Positions 12,358 to 24,216 of a stretch of DNA of 64,000 bases are shown here, piece after piece. The position numbers and the translations under genes were made by a program. Under the pieces are notes generated by a model that made no database searches, was not told the origin of the DNA, and worked only from the letters and a program-made list of their open reading frames with translations. Within the stretch, counting starts at the first letter, position 1. The number at the start of each line of letters is the position of its first letter. The stretch is from Takakia lepidozioides (taxonomy: Eukaryota > Plantae > Bryophyta): NCBI GenBank assembly GCA_030704615.1, contig CM060731.1:7812001-7876000 (forward strand), read 5' to 3'.

Positions 12358-15300
12358 ACATGACTCGGGCGACCACAGAGCTGTCGGAAGATACCATCAG
12401 TCGCTTGGTGGAAGCGGTGGTCGCCAGGACTTGCAAGGTAGGCAAATTTTCTTGTGAGTTGTATCAGGAAACTGGCGCCTTACGAAAAGGGAGTCAGTTA
12501 TTGTTCGTGGATGGGATAATATCCGGAACTAATGTGTCGTTGTTGGTGGACACAGGAGCGTCGCACTCCTTCATGACGCCGGCGGCGGCGCGAAAGTTGG
12601 GACTCCCGACAAGTGACGTGGGGGCCTCTATTGAGGTGCGCTCTGCCAAAGGAGAACCTCAGTTGGCGACAAGGTTGGCGTTTGATGTTCCTCTTCAACT
12701 GGGGAGTTGGGAGGGACGTGAGAACTTCACTATCTGCGAGATCGATGGAGTGGATCTCATTTTGGGAATGACCTTTTTGAGCAAATCCGGAGCGGTCATA
12801 GATGGCCGCAAGAGAGTAGTCACGCTGCCATGTGGGAATGGTGGCGAGGTTTTACGAGTGTCGGAAACGCCCAAATCCGTGGGAGGGCGAATAAACCTTC
12901 TATCAGCAAAGGAGTGGGCCGTGGAGGAGACACACGAGTCCCAGTTTTTGCTTTACATTAGAGAAGTGAAAGGAGAAGGCGATGGGGAGCCGAGCCCAGA
13001 TTGGATCAAGGGGATTTTGGAGAAATACCAGGATGTGATGCCGGAGGATTTACCAAGCGGCTTGCCACCGCGAAGAGGAGTTGACCACAAAATTGAGGTG
13101 ATACCGGGATCGGAACCGCCTGCCAAGGCGCCCTACCGGTTGAGCCACAAAGAGTTGGTCGAGCTGAAGACTCAGCTCAAAGATCTAATGTCAAAGGGGT
13201 ACATCCGGCCGAGTAAGTCACCTTACGGAGCCCCGGTGCTATTTGCAGACAAGAAGGATGGGACGCTGCGGATGTGTGTCGATTACAGGGCTCTGAATAA
13301 GGTGACTATCAAAAACCGGTACCCTTTGCCAAGGATCGACGACCTCTTCGATCGGTTGGCAGGAGCGAAGTATTTCAGCCGGATCGACTTGCGCTCCGGC
13401 TATCACCAAATTCGGGTGGCAGAAGGAGATGAGGAGAAGACCGCGTGCAGGACAAGGTATGGTTCATATGAGTTCTTGGTGATGCCTTTTGGGCTCACCA
13501 ATGCACCAGCGACATTTAGCACGCTGATGAACAGCCTTTTCCAGGAGTGGTTGGATGACTTTGTGATCGTGTACATCGACGACATCTTGGTGTACTCGAA
13601 AACAAAGGAGGAGCACCTGGAGCACCTCAAAAGGGTGTTCCAAAAATTGCGAGAAGGGAAGCTGTATGCCAAAGCTTCAAAGTGCGAATTCGGGGTCACA
13701 AAAGTGGAGTTCTTGGGGCACGTGATTACACAGGATGGAATCAAAATGGATGACAGAAAGGTGAGGGCGATCTTGGACTGGGAGCCTCCGACTTCGGTCC
13801 CGGGAGTGCGATCCTTCCTAGGACTCGCCTCCTATTACCGGAAGTATGTGAGAAATTTCGCCAAGATCGCGGGGCCGCTGTCGGACCTTCTGTGTAAATC
13901 CAAAGTCTGGGTATGGAACACATTTTGTGGCCAAGCTTTTGCTGAATTGAAGCAGCGGATGACGGAAGCTCCAGTCTTAAAAATCCCGGAGTTCGATCGT
14001 CCGTTTGAGATTCATACAGATGCATCGGACTTCGCAATTGGGGGTGTACTTATGCAAGATGGACGTCCAGTGGCTTACGAAAGTAAGAAACTGAATGAAG
14101 TGGAGCGACGGTGGCCGACGCACGAAAAAGAGATGAAGGCGGTGGTACATTGCCTTGAACTCTGGCGCCACTATGTTGGTTCCAACCCAGTGAAGGTGTT
14201 CACGGACAATGTCACGGTGAAGTATTTTGCCACGCAGCCCAAGTTGTCCCCAAAACAACTTAGGTGGCAAGATACTTTGGCAGTGTTCGACGTGGATATC
14301 CAGTACAAACCGGGACGGGACAATGTGGTGGCCGATGCTTTAAGTAGAAAGCAGCAGCTCTTGTTGGTGTACAAGGGCGAGACGGCGCTCCAAAGGAAGA
14401 TCCGGAAGGCTTGCCGAAAGGATGAGCTGGCAAAGTGCGTGATGCAGAACTTGAGAATGGGGGTTAAATCGCAGTTCCACTTGCAAAACGGACTGCTCCG
14501 GTATAAGCAAAAACGTCTCTATGTGCCAAAGGGAGGGATCAGGGATAGTCTCTTGAGAGAATGCCATGATAGCCCGCTTGCGGGCCACGGTGGAGCCAAG
14601 CGCACTGCGGCACTCTTGAAGAAAGAGTATTTCTGGCCCAAACTGAGGGAGGAGGCAGAGGAGTATGTTAAGACATGCACCACATGCCAACAAAACCGGA
14701 GCGAGTATAAAAAGCAAGCGGGGCTGTTACAACCCTTGCCGATTCCAGAGGGGACTTGGGAAAGCGTCTCGATGGATTTCATGACTGCTATGCCGCTGTC
14801 AAAAGGATTCGATGCAATCATGGTGGTGGTAGATAGGTTCAGTAAAATGGCCCATTTCATCCCCACCAAGGAGACGGCAACTGCGCAGGAGACAGGGCGA
14901 CTTTACTTCGCCCACGTCTTAAAGCATCATGGAGTCCCGAAGGATATTGTCTCGGACCGCGATCCAAAGTTTACGAGTAAATTCTGGAGAGCACTTTGGA
15001 AGAAGATGGGGACGAGGCTGAAGATGAGCACCGCCTTCCGACCTACGACGGACGGCCAAACGGAAAGAGTGAATTCCGTAGTGAAGCAATTCTTGCGGAA
15101 TTACGTGTCGGCAGACCAATCAGACTGGATGGAACACTTAGACGCGGCAGAGTTCTGTTATAATAACACAGAACACTCCGCGACGGGAGTTTCCCCTTTT
15201 GTGTTGGTCTATGGAAAAGCACCTCTGGTGCCGACAAGTTGGGCCGCCCAGGACGTTGAGGAACCGGCAGTAGCGGCGGTACTGGAAGAACGCGAGCGTT

Positions 15301-15839
15301 TGTTGAAGCTCGCAAAGTACAACATTGCCAAAGCTAGGAAACGGTATGAAAGGCAGGCGAATCGGAAGCGGAGGGAAGTGAAGTTTGAGGCAGGCACAGA
15401 GGTCTGGTTGAACATCAAGAATTTTCGACTACCTCCGGAAATGAGTCCGAAGTTCGTACCTCCGTATGCGGGTCCCTTTCGCATTCGGAGGGTTATGAAT
15501 GAGGATGTGTATGAATTGGAGCTGCCAGCAAACAGCAAGGTGCACCCAGTATTCCATGTCTCCCTTTTGAAGCCTTACTTCAAAGATGAAGCACGTCCGA
15601 ATCGGCAGCAAGTGTTGCGTCCGCCACCTATGCTGTTGGATCATGAAAATGAACCCGAGTACGAGGTGGAGGCAATACTTAAGTCGAGGAGGTTCAAGAA
15701 CCGAGAAACGGAGTATCTCGTCAAATGGAAGGGCTATCATCTTGTGGAGGCATCTTGGGTGCGTGCCTCAGAAATGGGAAACGCATCCGAGGCAGTTGCA
15801 GCGTTCGAAGGGCGACCTCAAAAGCGGAAGAAGCGTTGA
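12192..15839 (+). CDS. pol: Element B zinc knuckle + Pol (protease, RT, RNase H, integrase, chromodomain)
   Basis: [40 protein letters not shown]...SDRD...GQTE, YAGPF, and chromodomain EYEVEAIL...YLVKWKGY...ASW. Confidence 0.96.
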   Translation: MEIEGRSFTRQGGTRCFERKSGATYGGQKATFDGVCFNCGEPGHMAKKCTKPRQLNMTRATTELSEDTISRLVEAVVARTCKVGKFSCELYQETGALRKGSQLLFVDGIISGTNVSLLVDTGASHSFMTPAAARKLGLPTSDVGASIEVRSAKGEPQLATRLAFDVPLQLGSWEGRENFTICEIDGVDLILGMTFLSKSGAVIDGRKRVVTLPCGNGGEVLRVSETPKSVGGRINLLSAKEWAVEETHESQFLLYIREVKGEGDGEPSPDWIKGILEKYQDVMPEDLPSGLPPRRGVDHKIEVIPGSEPPAKAPYRLSHKELVELKTQLKDLMSKGYIRPSKSPYGAPVLFADKKDGTLRMCVDYRALNKVTIKNRYPLPRIDDLFDRLAGAKYFSRIDLRSGYHQIRVAEGDEEKTACRTRYGSYEFLVMPFGLTNAPATFSTLMNSLFQEWLDDFVIVYIDDILVYSKTKEEHLEHLKRVFQKLREGKLYAKASKCEFGVTKVEFLGHVITQDGIKMDDRKVRAILDWEPPTSVPGVRSFLGLASYYRKYVRNFAKIAGPLSDLLCKSKVWVWNTFCGQAFAELKQRMTEAPVLKIPEFDRPFEIHTDASDFAIGGVLMQDGRPVAYESKKLNEVERRWPTHEKEMKAVVHCLELWRHYVGSNPVKVFTDNVTVKYFATQPKLSPKQLRWQDTLAVFDVDIQYKPGRDNVVADALSRKQQLLLVYKGETALQRKIRKACRKDELAKCVMQNLRMGVKSQFHLQNGLLRYKQKRLYVPKGGIRDSLLRECHDSPLAGHGGAKRTAALLKKEYFWPKLREEAEEYVKTCTTCQQNRSEYKKQAGLLQPLPIPEGTWESVSMDFMTAMPLSKGFDAIMVVVDRFSKMAHFIPTKETATAQETGRLYFAHVLKHHGVPKDIVSDRDPKFTSKFWRALWKKMGTRLKMSTAFRPTTDGQTERVNSVVKQFLRNYVSADQSDWMEHLDAAEFCYNNTEHSATGVSPFVLVYGKAPLVPTSWAAQDVEEPAVAAVLEERERLLKLAKYNIAKARKRYERQANRKRREVKFEAGTEVWLNIKNFRLPPEMSPKFVPPYAGPFRIRRVMNEDVYELELPANSKVHPVFHVSLLKPYFKDEARPNRQQVLRPPPMLLDHENEPEYEVEAILKSRRFKNRETEYLVKWKGYHLVEASWVRASEMGNASEAVAAFEGRPQKRKKR

Positions 15840-16745
15840 TGGGGACATCAACCTTGGAGCGTGGGGGAGGAAATGCATGCTTAGCCCGGTTTAGCTAGCT
15901 CAGGAATCCGATTGCAAAAACTTGTATTGTACAAAAATTTGTGATAAAGGAAATGGGTTCCAAATATTGTGCGTCCTATTGTGTTTGGAATGGTGATGCA
16001 TGGTGTGGTTGGCTGGTGTGTAGAATGCATGCTAGCTTACAAAAGTGGGAGAGGTAAATTGGGTTAATCGTGTGTTTGCGCAGTGCCGAAATCGGGTGAC
16101 TCCCATCCAAGGGGCAAGGAAACTTGCGCCTTATTTGGGAGTTCAAGTGCTAGTGCGCACCTGGCGCGTGCGCGTACTATAACTGCGCTACCGAGGGGGT
16201 TGCCTTGTAGTGCGGGCTAACGCGGAAGCTACGTGCTTCCGTTCACGTACTATAATCGTGTAGCCTCGGGACGAAGTCGTAGTGCGGCTTCGGCGTGTTC
16301 CCGTACCTCAGGCCAGCATTCCAAGGCGGACCCAATTGTAGTGATTGGGGCGCACGGTTGGTTCAAGGTTATCTTCCTAGTCAAAGAGGGTTCCAGGTGA
16401 ACCCTTGCTCAAGGTGATGCCAAAAGCGGCATCATGAGCGATCGCAAGCAATGTTGTTGCAGTAAGGCGATTCGATCCTCGGGGAGGATCGTTCCTTGGC
16501 CTTGAAGTAGGCCAAGAAGAGTGCACTGGGAGGAGCTGGAGAGGCTCCACCCTTGGCCGGGACTTGGAGGAAGTCGGCCGAACTAGCTAGTGGAGAGTGG
16601 AGTCAAGTGTGGGGTTTGGTTCTTTGCCATGGGACGCCATGGTACGGAAACAAACTCCTTGATGTGGGACGCCACAACTTGGATGTTCGTTTCTACAAAA
16701 TGGACAAGTCGATGAGGACATCGACTCCCTGTTGGTAGGGGTGTG

Positions 16746-17468
16746 TGTCGCGGCCCTTTGCCTTGAGGGCAGGGGGTCGGGACACATGAGGGGCTGCCCC
16801 TGTGGTGGGGGCAGCGGCAGCGATAGGTATGGGGGGCTGAAGCACCCTTGAGTGCCCAAGGCACTCAAGGAGGCGGAGGCGCTCACTAGGTGGAGCCCCG
16901 CACACCGGGTTGCGGTGGAGGTGGCTCCACAAGGGGTGGTGGTAGCTTAGTGGGACTTAGTGGGGTGGCATAGGACTCACCATGGGGTGGAGACCTCGAG
17001 GTGGGAGTCGTGGGGAGTCTTGGGACTCATCACGGTCCATTGGGGCCGCGGTGAGTGGGCCAAGACTCACCGCGACTCACCACCGGGAGTCGAGGGTTTT
17101 CGTGGTGGTTCGCCATAAAATGGCATGGCTGGTTATGAAACCCCCGCGGACAGCTACAGAAGTATATATAGGGAGTAGTAACCCCGAGAACGGTGCAAGC
17201 CCGTTGGTGACCAAAAACTAGTGAGTAAGCGAGCGAGCCGGAAAGCGACCAAAGAGTGGGGAGCTGTTCCGGACTGCCATCTACCAAAGGGAATTCTCCT
17301 AGTCCCAAATAGGTGGAGGGTTTAGAGGGAAGCGGAAGGGGACCGTTATGTCCCGGTGAGCAGCCGAAACTCCAAGTTGGCCCGGCGGCCAGGTTGGGAG
17401 TCAGGCGCGCGCATCAAAGCGAGTAACTATGACTTGAAGGGGAGTTTACCGAACTGAGGTGTGCGACA
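16746..17468 (+). repeat. Element B 3' LTR
   Basis: Direct repeat of 10503-11225, preceded by a G-rich tract. Confidence 0.97.
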
Positions 17469-17574
17469 ATCAGGCTGAAGCCATGAAGTCTCTAATCTGT
17501 TCTACATTACAACTCTACTGCTTGCATTCATCAAGCATCAACAGATCGTTCTCCTTCTACTCCGTGCTCTCCCT

Positions 17575-17860
17575 TGTCAAGTTAAATAAGCATAGTGTGA
17601 AAACAGGTAGAATAAAACTAGTTATTTGTATTTAACACTTGGATTTAGGTCAAGTGTTAAATCAGGTGTCAAGTTTAGTTTGACACCTGGTCCGTCTTAT
17701 CTTCACGAGAGCGGCAGTCGCGTAGCTCATCTCTCTCGAGTTGAGCCTGCGCGACCAAGCTCCTGCATGCGTTTAGATTTGAGTGTGCTTATGTAGGGGT
17801 ACAGGTTGTTGTGGGGTGGAGTCCCCATAGCTTGGGGTGCCCCTGGCTCGACTACTGTTT
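17575..17860 (+). repeat. Element D left terminal repeat (part alignable with the right copy)
   Basis: Colinear with 42248-42538; contains two adjacent inverted repeats (17629-17662 and 17663-17689). Confidence 0.85.
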
Positions 17861-19464
17861 TAAAGAGTGATGGTTTGGTTTTCATGTTTTGTGTCAACAG
17901 TGTGTTCGTTGGTTTTCTATCACTCGAGAGAGATGAGCTCTTACCTGTGAGTGCAAGGTAGGAGTTGAGGGTTAGCACTTGCAAGATTACCTGTGTGTAA
18001 GTAGTGCTTAGTTTGAAAAGCATATCATTGAATGTGACCACAAGATTCAGCGTGCCCTGAAACGCCTGGAGGATGACGATGCCGGAGCCGCCACTGTTAT
18101 TACAGTCGCTGAAGCTACCAAGTCACCAGAGGCTTTGGAGTACACAAGGAGAGACTTAAAAATGCAGCATGGAGCAGCACTGGCAAGCTGTGAACGCTGA
18201 TATCTGCACTACCACAACGTCCCTAGGATGAATACAAAGTGCCTGGAGTGAAATGGATAGCTGGAGAGCTGCTCAGGCCCATACATTTTGGGAGTTAAAA
18301 GTCACATCTGTATGTTGAAGGCCCAATTCGCCAATGTGCGGAAGAGTGTGGGCATCCGAGTTTTCTAGGAAAGGAGGCCAGTGCTTGGGAAAAGCTGGCT
18401 ACAAGTTTTGGAGCAGGTGACGGCCAGGCCTGCGGTACTTTGAAGACGATGATGTAGAGCTTGAAGAGGGTCTGGTTTCGTTGCTGGGGAAGTAGGTGGT
18501 ACGGGCATGGAATCTGGAGGACCCCGGCTTGTACGTGGGGAGTTTCGATGTGCTCTTCCCGATCTTGCTTTCAGATGCCTTAGTTGGGTTGTGCGTTTCT
18601 TGAAAGGCCAGCTTCCGGTATAAAGATGCGGGTGTGGACTCTTCAAAGTAGTGGAGAGAAATGCGGGGAGCAGAGGTGCAAAGGGTGATCAAACTGAATG
18701 GACGGAGGGGCAACATTCTTGAGCATAGGATTTGAAGAAATGATGTGTGATCGATGTGGAGGGAGAACACGTAAGCTTATTTTATTCAAACTTTGCCGAG
18801 GCCCCGTAGTAGAAGTTAGCTCAACAACGTGGTGATGAAGGTTTTGGTGGGCACTTCGGTGTTTGTAACAAGAGAGACGGACAGTGGCAACGTTCAGGCC
18901 ATGGAAGTTGCCGAGCTCACTCAGCGGGTGACATCACTTGAGAAGCGTTAAGCTCGGTACCGGCAAGTCTTGCAGCCAAGATCTCGAATTGAATCGCCAG
19001 GCTGGAGATTATGTGCGGTGAAAGTGGCAGAGAAGGTGGCCCGTCTAGAAATCTATGGCGCGCGACGTGCTGCCCTTTCTATTCCGAGTTGCTACTGTTA
19101 CCAACCTTCCCGCCCCTTTCCACACGCAGCGTGCACTCTACCTAGTTCCACCGATATTCAGTCAAGAAGTTTTGGAGTGAATGTTCTAGGTTTCCTGGCT
19201 TCTATTATCTAACAGGCTTTCGGAGAGCTGGGCAGAGCCAGGTGGTAAGATCACTCCGTTTCGGATCATCCTGGCAAGATGTAGAGTTTGCAGTCACAAA
19301 CACAAGAGAGACAGAAATGCTCGAGTTGTCAGCGATTTCGTCCCTGAAGCCGAATTCGTGAAGCTTCTTCCGAGCTCTCTCGCTTCTATCATTGCAACAG
19401 CAAACCACATAGTTTCGACTGGGTCACATTCTGGAGAAACGACTCCTTGATCAGTCCAGATCCT

Positions 19465-19738
<274 letters not shown>

Positions 19739-19945
19739 TGAGACAGCCGCCATAGCCCCTAAAGCCCATCCTTCAGCTCTATACGCCCGCAATCAGTACG
19801 TCCGCTCTTGCCGCCCTCTCCAATGCTGATAAGCATATGCAAATTCCACCCCCTGCAGGGAGAAAGCATGACCCAGGTGGAAAAGCATGTAAGGATAGGG
19901 GAAGTTTCCAAAGAGCTTCTCACCTTCCTTTGAATTTTTAAATTT

Positions 19946-19981
19946 GAAAAGAAAAAGAAAAAGAAAAAGAAAAAGAAAAAA
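19946..19981. repeat. (GAAAAA)n-type A-rich simple repeat
   Basis: Read directly. Confidence 0.85.
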
Positions 19982-20124
19982 GCCCTTTTGATCTAAGTTA
20001 AAGGATTTAGAGCCTAATTGGTCATATCTTTGGCAAATGAACTCCGTTTGACACAGTTTTTGAGGGGATAGCTGCAGAAAGGGGAAATCTGCCTGAGAGA
20101 CAAATTTGTGGATGTACTCCTTGC

Positions 20125-20874
20125 ATGGCTGGGGGAAATGAGGACGTAATTGAAGGGCAGGTCTCTTCTCTTAGCCTGTGCACACAAGGGGACAGGATTT
20201 ATGTTTCCCAAGGAACTCAGACTGATTTGAGTGGAGAACAGTTGGACGAGTTGATTGCATACTGGGAATCAGGCATTAGCAGTAGACAACAGACTGCTGT
20301 AGTTGGCATTGAGGGCCTCAATATCGCCTTGGACAGTCAGAACTCTGTTGGAGCCAGCAGTTCTGCAGCTGTAGGTCAAATACCAAAGTGGATGAAAGCT
20401 AGGCTTGGAACACAGCCAAAGACAGCCCCGGGGACCAAGGTGTTCAGCCACAAGGCCGTGGTGTACTGGAGCAAAGGAGCAGGAGCTACACAAGTTTGTG
20501 CAATCAGACATGGTTGCAGCCGGATACGCTCTGCACAGGGCAACCACGAGCGGGGGTTCATCAGCAATGACATGTTTGTTGTGCGTGAAGGAGATGCAGT
20601 CATTCGCAATGAGGACACCCGCAACCGTCTCAAAGCTTTCGAGTTGAGAGACTATCAGACCCTACCTTTGTTTTCTTTAGTATTCAGTGAGCGGGAGATA
20701 GGGGAGTATTGCTTTGTCTCTACCTGGCAGAAAGAGGAGGAGGGTTGGTTAGAGCGAGCTACTGTAGCTTGGGACAAGGTTAGTGGCAGGTTTCTGGACA
20801 TAGATATACCTCCTACACTTTACCATCATGCAGAGCGAGGCACTTTGAGAGAAGTCTGGCAGTTGATAGCATAG
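20125..20874 (+). CDS. 249-aa ORF of unknown function upstream of element D gag
   Basis: ATG-initiated, uninterrupted, globular-looking composition; no motif recognised. Confidence 0.45.
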   Translation: MAGGNEDVIEGQVSSLSLCTQGDRIYVSQGTQTDLSGEQLDELIAYWESGISSRQQTAVVGIEGLNIALDSQNSVGASSSAAVGQIPKWMKARLGTQPKTAPGTKVFSHKAVVYWSKGAGATQVCAIRHGCSRIRSAQGNHERGFISNDMFVVREGDAVIRNEDTRNRLKAFELRDYQTLPLFSLVFSEREIGEYCFVSTWQKEEEGWLERATVAWDKVSGRFLDIDIPPTLYHHAERGTLREVWQLIA

Positions 20875-21393
20875 ATCAGGATTAGATCTTGCTTGGTCGG
20901 GCTTCTATTCTTCCCCTCCATCTCTGTACTATTTTCATTACCTTGTACTTGTAGTTGCCAAAGCCTCTCTTGGTGGAGGCCAGTCAGTCCGGGGTTTTGG
21001 GCTGGGCTATTATGCAGGATCAGCATTGCAGCTGGATTTTGGTGTGGGGGTGTTGATGTTTTGATTTCTTGTGTTTGGATCCCCCCCAACACTTGCATGC
21101 TTGACTGTGCGCCATGTTGGTTTTGTGTGGGCGCTTGCTTTCATAGGGATTAGGCCGGATTTGATCACCGGTCAATCCTAGAGTATGTTGTCGGTGGTGA
21201 GGCTGGAGTGATGACCAGCAAGACCACCAGTGTTTCTTCTATGGTGAGGCTGGGTTGATGACCAGCCAACCATAGGAGTTCTTGCGGTGGATGCAGGTGC
21301 AGGTGCCCTGAGCCATTGGGATATGACCCTTAAACTGCAACAGGTGCCCACCCGTGTCACTATTAGATTAGTACTAGAGCCTTATAGTGTCAT

Positions 21394-24216
21394 GTGGAGG
21401 AGGTGCACATTGTGAGTGTCATTACGGAGTTACCCAAGGGTTTTGAGGGGAGTACGGCTACAGGCAGTAACAGTGAGAGTGGGTTCACAAGACGAGGTAT
21501 TCGGTTCAGACCACCTTCACCGCCACCCTCAATTACTGTAGAGTCAGACACAGACTCGGAGGCTTCATCAACAGGTGTGCACTTTCATTCGCCATTGTTG
21601 TGGGACGACATGGAGGAGATGTATGGAGCTACCAAGGGGCCTCGTAGGTACTCTGGAGCTATGGGCACAATTGAGTTGGATGACTTTATCCAGGAGTTCG
21701 ACAGCTGGTGTGATTTGCAGCAGATGCGCAATCCACAGCTATTCACCCCATTCATGGCGTGGAAGGGACTGTTCGAGCATTTGGAAGGCCCGCCTATGGA
21801 CGATTACCACGAGTTCAGGCGAGGACATGAAGCAGAGATTGAGGAGTGGAGGATGTATTGGTCACCTGACTACGTCTCCATTACTCGAGGCACGACACGA
21901 CCAGTAGCTGCATCAGTACCAATAGCTCCCACTGCCAGCACTAGTAGTGGAGCAAGTAGTGCTGGTACTTCTGCAGGTGGTACCAGTTCAAAAGGTGCTA
22001 CTACTCCTCCTGCCACGACTACAACACATGTGCCTAGATTCAACCCGGTGGTGGAGTTCTTCCAGGAGTTGCGGAGGAACTACCAAGGTGTACGGACAGA
22101 GAAGCTGCGAAGTTTGCAAGACTTCCAGCGCAAACCCAGTGAGAGCCTACGAGAGGCGTATACTCGTATGAGGCGCTTGATAAGTGTGACCCAAGGGGTT
22201 ACTGAAGCTCAGGCAATCCAGTTTTGGTATGGAATTCTGGACAAGGAGCTCAAGAGAAGGGTGCGAGATGCAACCCTGTTACAAGCAGCCCAACCCACAT
22301 TAGCAGATGTGTTTCTGCTGGCTGAGCGGATTGAGCTCAACATGGTGGAGGAGCGAGTTGTTACAATTGGATTTGGCAAGGACATGCCTGCACGGGGCAC
22401 AGCTATCAGCCCACAGGCACAAGGGACTGCCCAACAGCGTGGTCAGGGGGGCAAGGTTTCCCAACCCAAGTTCCATGGAGCTTACAGGGGACCTCAGGTG
22501 CAGAGGCCCGTGGCATCTTTTGCAGGCCAACAGCAACCACGAGTGATATGTTGGACATGTGGAGGACCCCATGTCAAGAGAGATTGCCCAGAGAGTGGCA
22601 AAAGGCCGGCACAAACACAGCCTGCACAGTTGCAGTGTGGGCATTGTGGCAAGTATGGGCATGGAGATGCCCAGTGTTATGACTTGCATCCTGAGTTGCG
22701 CCCAGGCCAGTTCCAAGGGAACAATGGTGGCTGGGGGCGAGGTGGACCAGCCCAGAGAGGACGAGGTGGTCGGGCACGAGGTGCAAGCCAAGGGCAAGCT
22801 CAACATGGCCACGGACGCGGAGGTCAGGGTGTTGATCAAGGCATGGCCAACCGGCTTCAGCAGCTAGAGCAGAGGCTCGCTGCAATGGCTATAGCTCAGG
22901 CGGTACCGGCTCCCAGGCGGGATGGTCCACCTCCTACTCCCAAGGGAGGAGATATGGGAGGTATGGGATTCATGTGCGGAGCAGCACTACCACTAGAGCA
23001 GGTGGAGTCTGCTGCAGCCGTGACTCGAGGAGCAGCACGAGTTCCTGAGCCACGAGGTGCAGAGGTGGAGTTGGATCCACAACGTGGGGAGGCAAGCCGT
23101 CAGGCGAGGCTGCCTCAGTCATTCACCTTGGCGGAGACAGTGTCAACGCCATCCATGGCACCTAGTTCTCGCCCGACTGTTACCGAGGCGGAGGTTACTA
23201 TGCCATTGGGGAGAGCTACATGTGCAGCACTGACACCTGCTACCAAGGCTAGTGCAGCCGGTGTGTTATTGGGGGCAGCCACCTCTGTGTGTCAAGCCCC
23301 ACTGTTCTCGGCAACCATGATTGCGACGCCGGGGGTGAGACCAGCTGCAGTGTTCAGACTAGCAGCAACTCTCTGTGAGAGTGGGGAGGTCACTTCATCT
23401 TCTGCGGAGTTAGTGGAAGGTATAGTGGCAGAGGGATCCTCGGATTTGAGGGTCAAGACTGCCACGGCTGCGCCATGGCAAGCTGCAGCTACTAGGTTGA
23501 CGGAGCTGCCAGCTAGGCCAGCCTTTGAGCGCGCCATGGTGACACCTGGAGTTGTCTTGTTAGACAACCAGGGAGGCATTTTCACTTTGAGTGGACCGGC
23601 AGGCAAGAAGTACCGGCCACTGCGGGTCTTGTTGGACTCAGGAGCTCAGCCACTGATGTTGGGCAGAGCTGCTATTGCAGGTTTGGGCCTCATGGAGGCG
23701 GATATGGAGCCTTGTCCTTTCCAGATACAGACATCTCTGGGAGGATCAGAGCAGGCTCGCGGCATGACACGGCATCAGTTGGCCATTAGACTGCAGCCGG
23801 ATCATCCTAGAGATGGCTCAGTGATGCGAGCCAAGGCCATTGTGACAGACGCAATCTCTTACGATGTCCTCGTTGGTGGTGCAGTGTTATATCCCATGGG
23901 CTTCACCCTGGACTTTTGGGAGGAGTCAGCATCCTACAGGCCTGGATGGCAGTCAGGCGATGGTCGCCGTGCACACCTCCCTGTGACATTCATTGGGGGT
24001 ATAGCGGCTGCCCAGCGGGGCAAGATGCCAACACTAGCCGCCTTTACAGCTACAATTAGTTGGCCTGGAGAGTTGCTGGAGGGCAATGCCCATGCAAAGG
24101 ATGTGCCACCTCCAGCAGAGCAGGATGACATGCATGGTATGGCGGAGTTGCCTGCCATGGTTGCTCACACTCCATTGTGGGGTACAAGCAAAGATTTGCA
24201 GCAGGTTGCTGATTGA
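21394..24216 (+). CDS. gag: Element D Gag-protease
   Basis: Capsid-like FQRKPSESLREAYTRM, two zinc knuckles (CWTCGGPHVKRDC, CGHCGKYGHGDAQC), protease LLDSGAQP...YDVLVGG. Confidence 0.88.
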   Translation: MEEVHIVSVITELPKGFEGSTATGSNSESGFTRRGIRFRPPSPPPSITVESDTDSEASSTGVHFHSPLLWDDMEEMYGATKGPRRYSGAMGTIELDDFIQEFDSWCDLQQMRNPQLFTPFMAWKGLFEHLEGPPMDDYHEFRRGHEAEIEEWRMYWSPDYVSITRGTTRPVAASVPIAPTASTSSGASSAGTSAGGTSSKGATTPPATTTTHVPRFNPVVEFFQELRRNYQGVRTEKLRSLQDFQRKPSESLREAYTRMRRLISVTQGVTEAQAIQFWYGILDKELKRRVRDATLLQAAQPTLADVFLLAERIELNMVEERVVTIGFGKDMPARGTAISPQAQGTAQQRGQGGKVSQPKFHGAYRGPQVQRPVASFAGQQQPRVICWTCGGPHVKRDCPESGKRPAQTQPAQLQCGHCGKYGHGDAQCYDLHPELRPGQFQGNNGGWGRGGPAQRGRGGRARGASQGQAQHGHGRGGQGVDQGMANRLQQLEQRLAAMAIAQAVPAPRRDGPPPTPKGGDMGGMGFMCGAALPLEQVESAAAVTRGAARVPEPRGAEVELDPQRGEASRQARLPQSFTLAETVSTPSMAPSSRPTVTEAEVTMPLGRATCAALTPATKASAAGVLLGAATSVCQAPLFSATMIATPGVRPAAVFRLAATLCESGEVTSSSAELVEGIVAEGSSDLRVKTATAAPWQAAATRLTELPARPAFERAMVTPGVVLLDNQGGIFTLSGPAGKKYRPLRVLLDSGAQPLMLGRAAIAGLGLMEADMEPCPFQIQTSLGGSEQARGMTRHQLAIRLQPDHPRDGSVMRAKAIVTDAISYDVLVGGAVLYPMGFTLDFWEESASYRPGWQSGDGRRAHLPVTFIGGIAAAQRGKMPTLAAFTATISWPGELLEGNAHAKDVPPPAEQDDMHGMAELPAMVAHTPLWGTSKDLQQVAD

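Larger units (their letters stand above)
10503..17468 (+). mobile_element. Element B: full-length Ty3/Gypsy chromovirus (Galadriel-like), recent insertion
   Basis: 723-bp LTRs at 10503-11225 and 16746-17468 (TGTCG...CGACA). TSD ATCAG at 10498-10502 and 17469-17473. tRNA-iMet PBS, gag, and PR-RT-RH-IN-chromodomain. Confidence 0.97.
10179..17574 (-). repeat. Family A LTR (3' portion) split by element B: 10179-10502 plus 17474-17574, ending at element D
   Basis: Both pieces are colinear with LTR 7607-8030 and are joined through the ATCAG duplication. Confidence 0.88.

Noticed and set aside
13403-15740. Antisense ORFs over element B pol (and over other pol regions)
   Set aside because: Shadow frames of the coding strand with no motifs.
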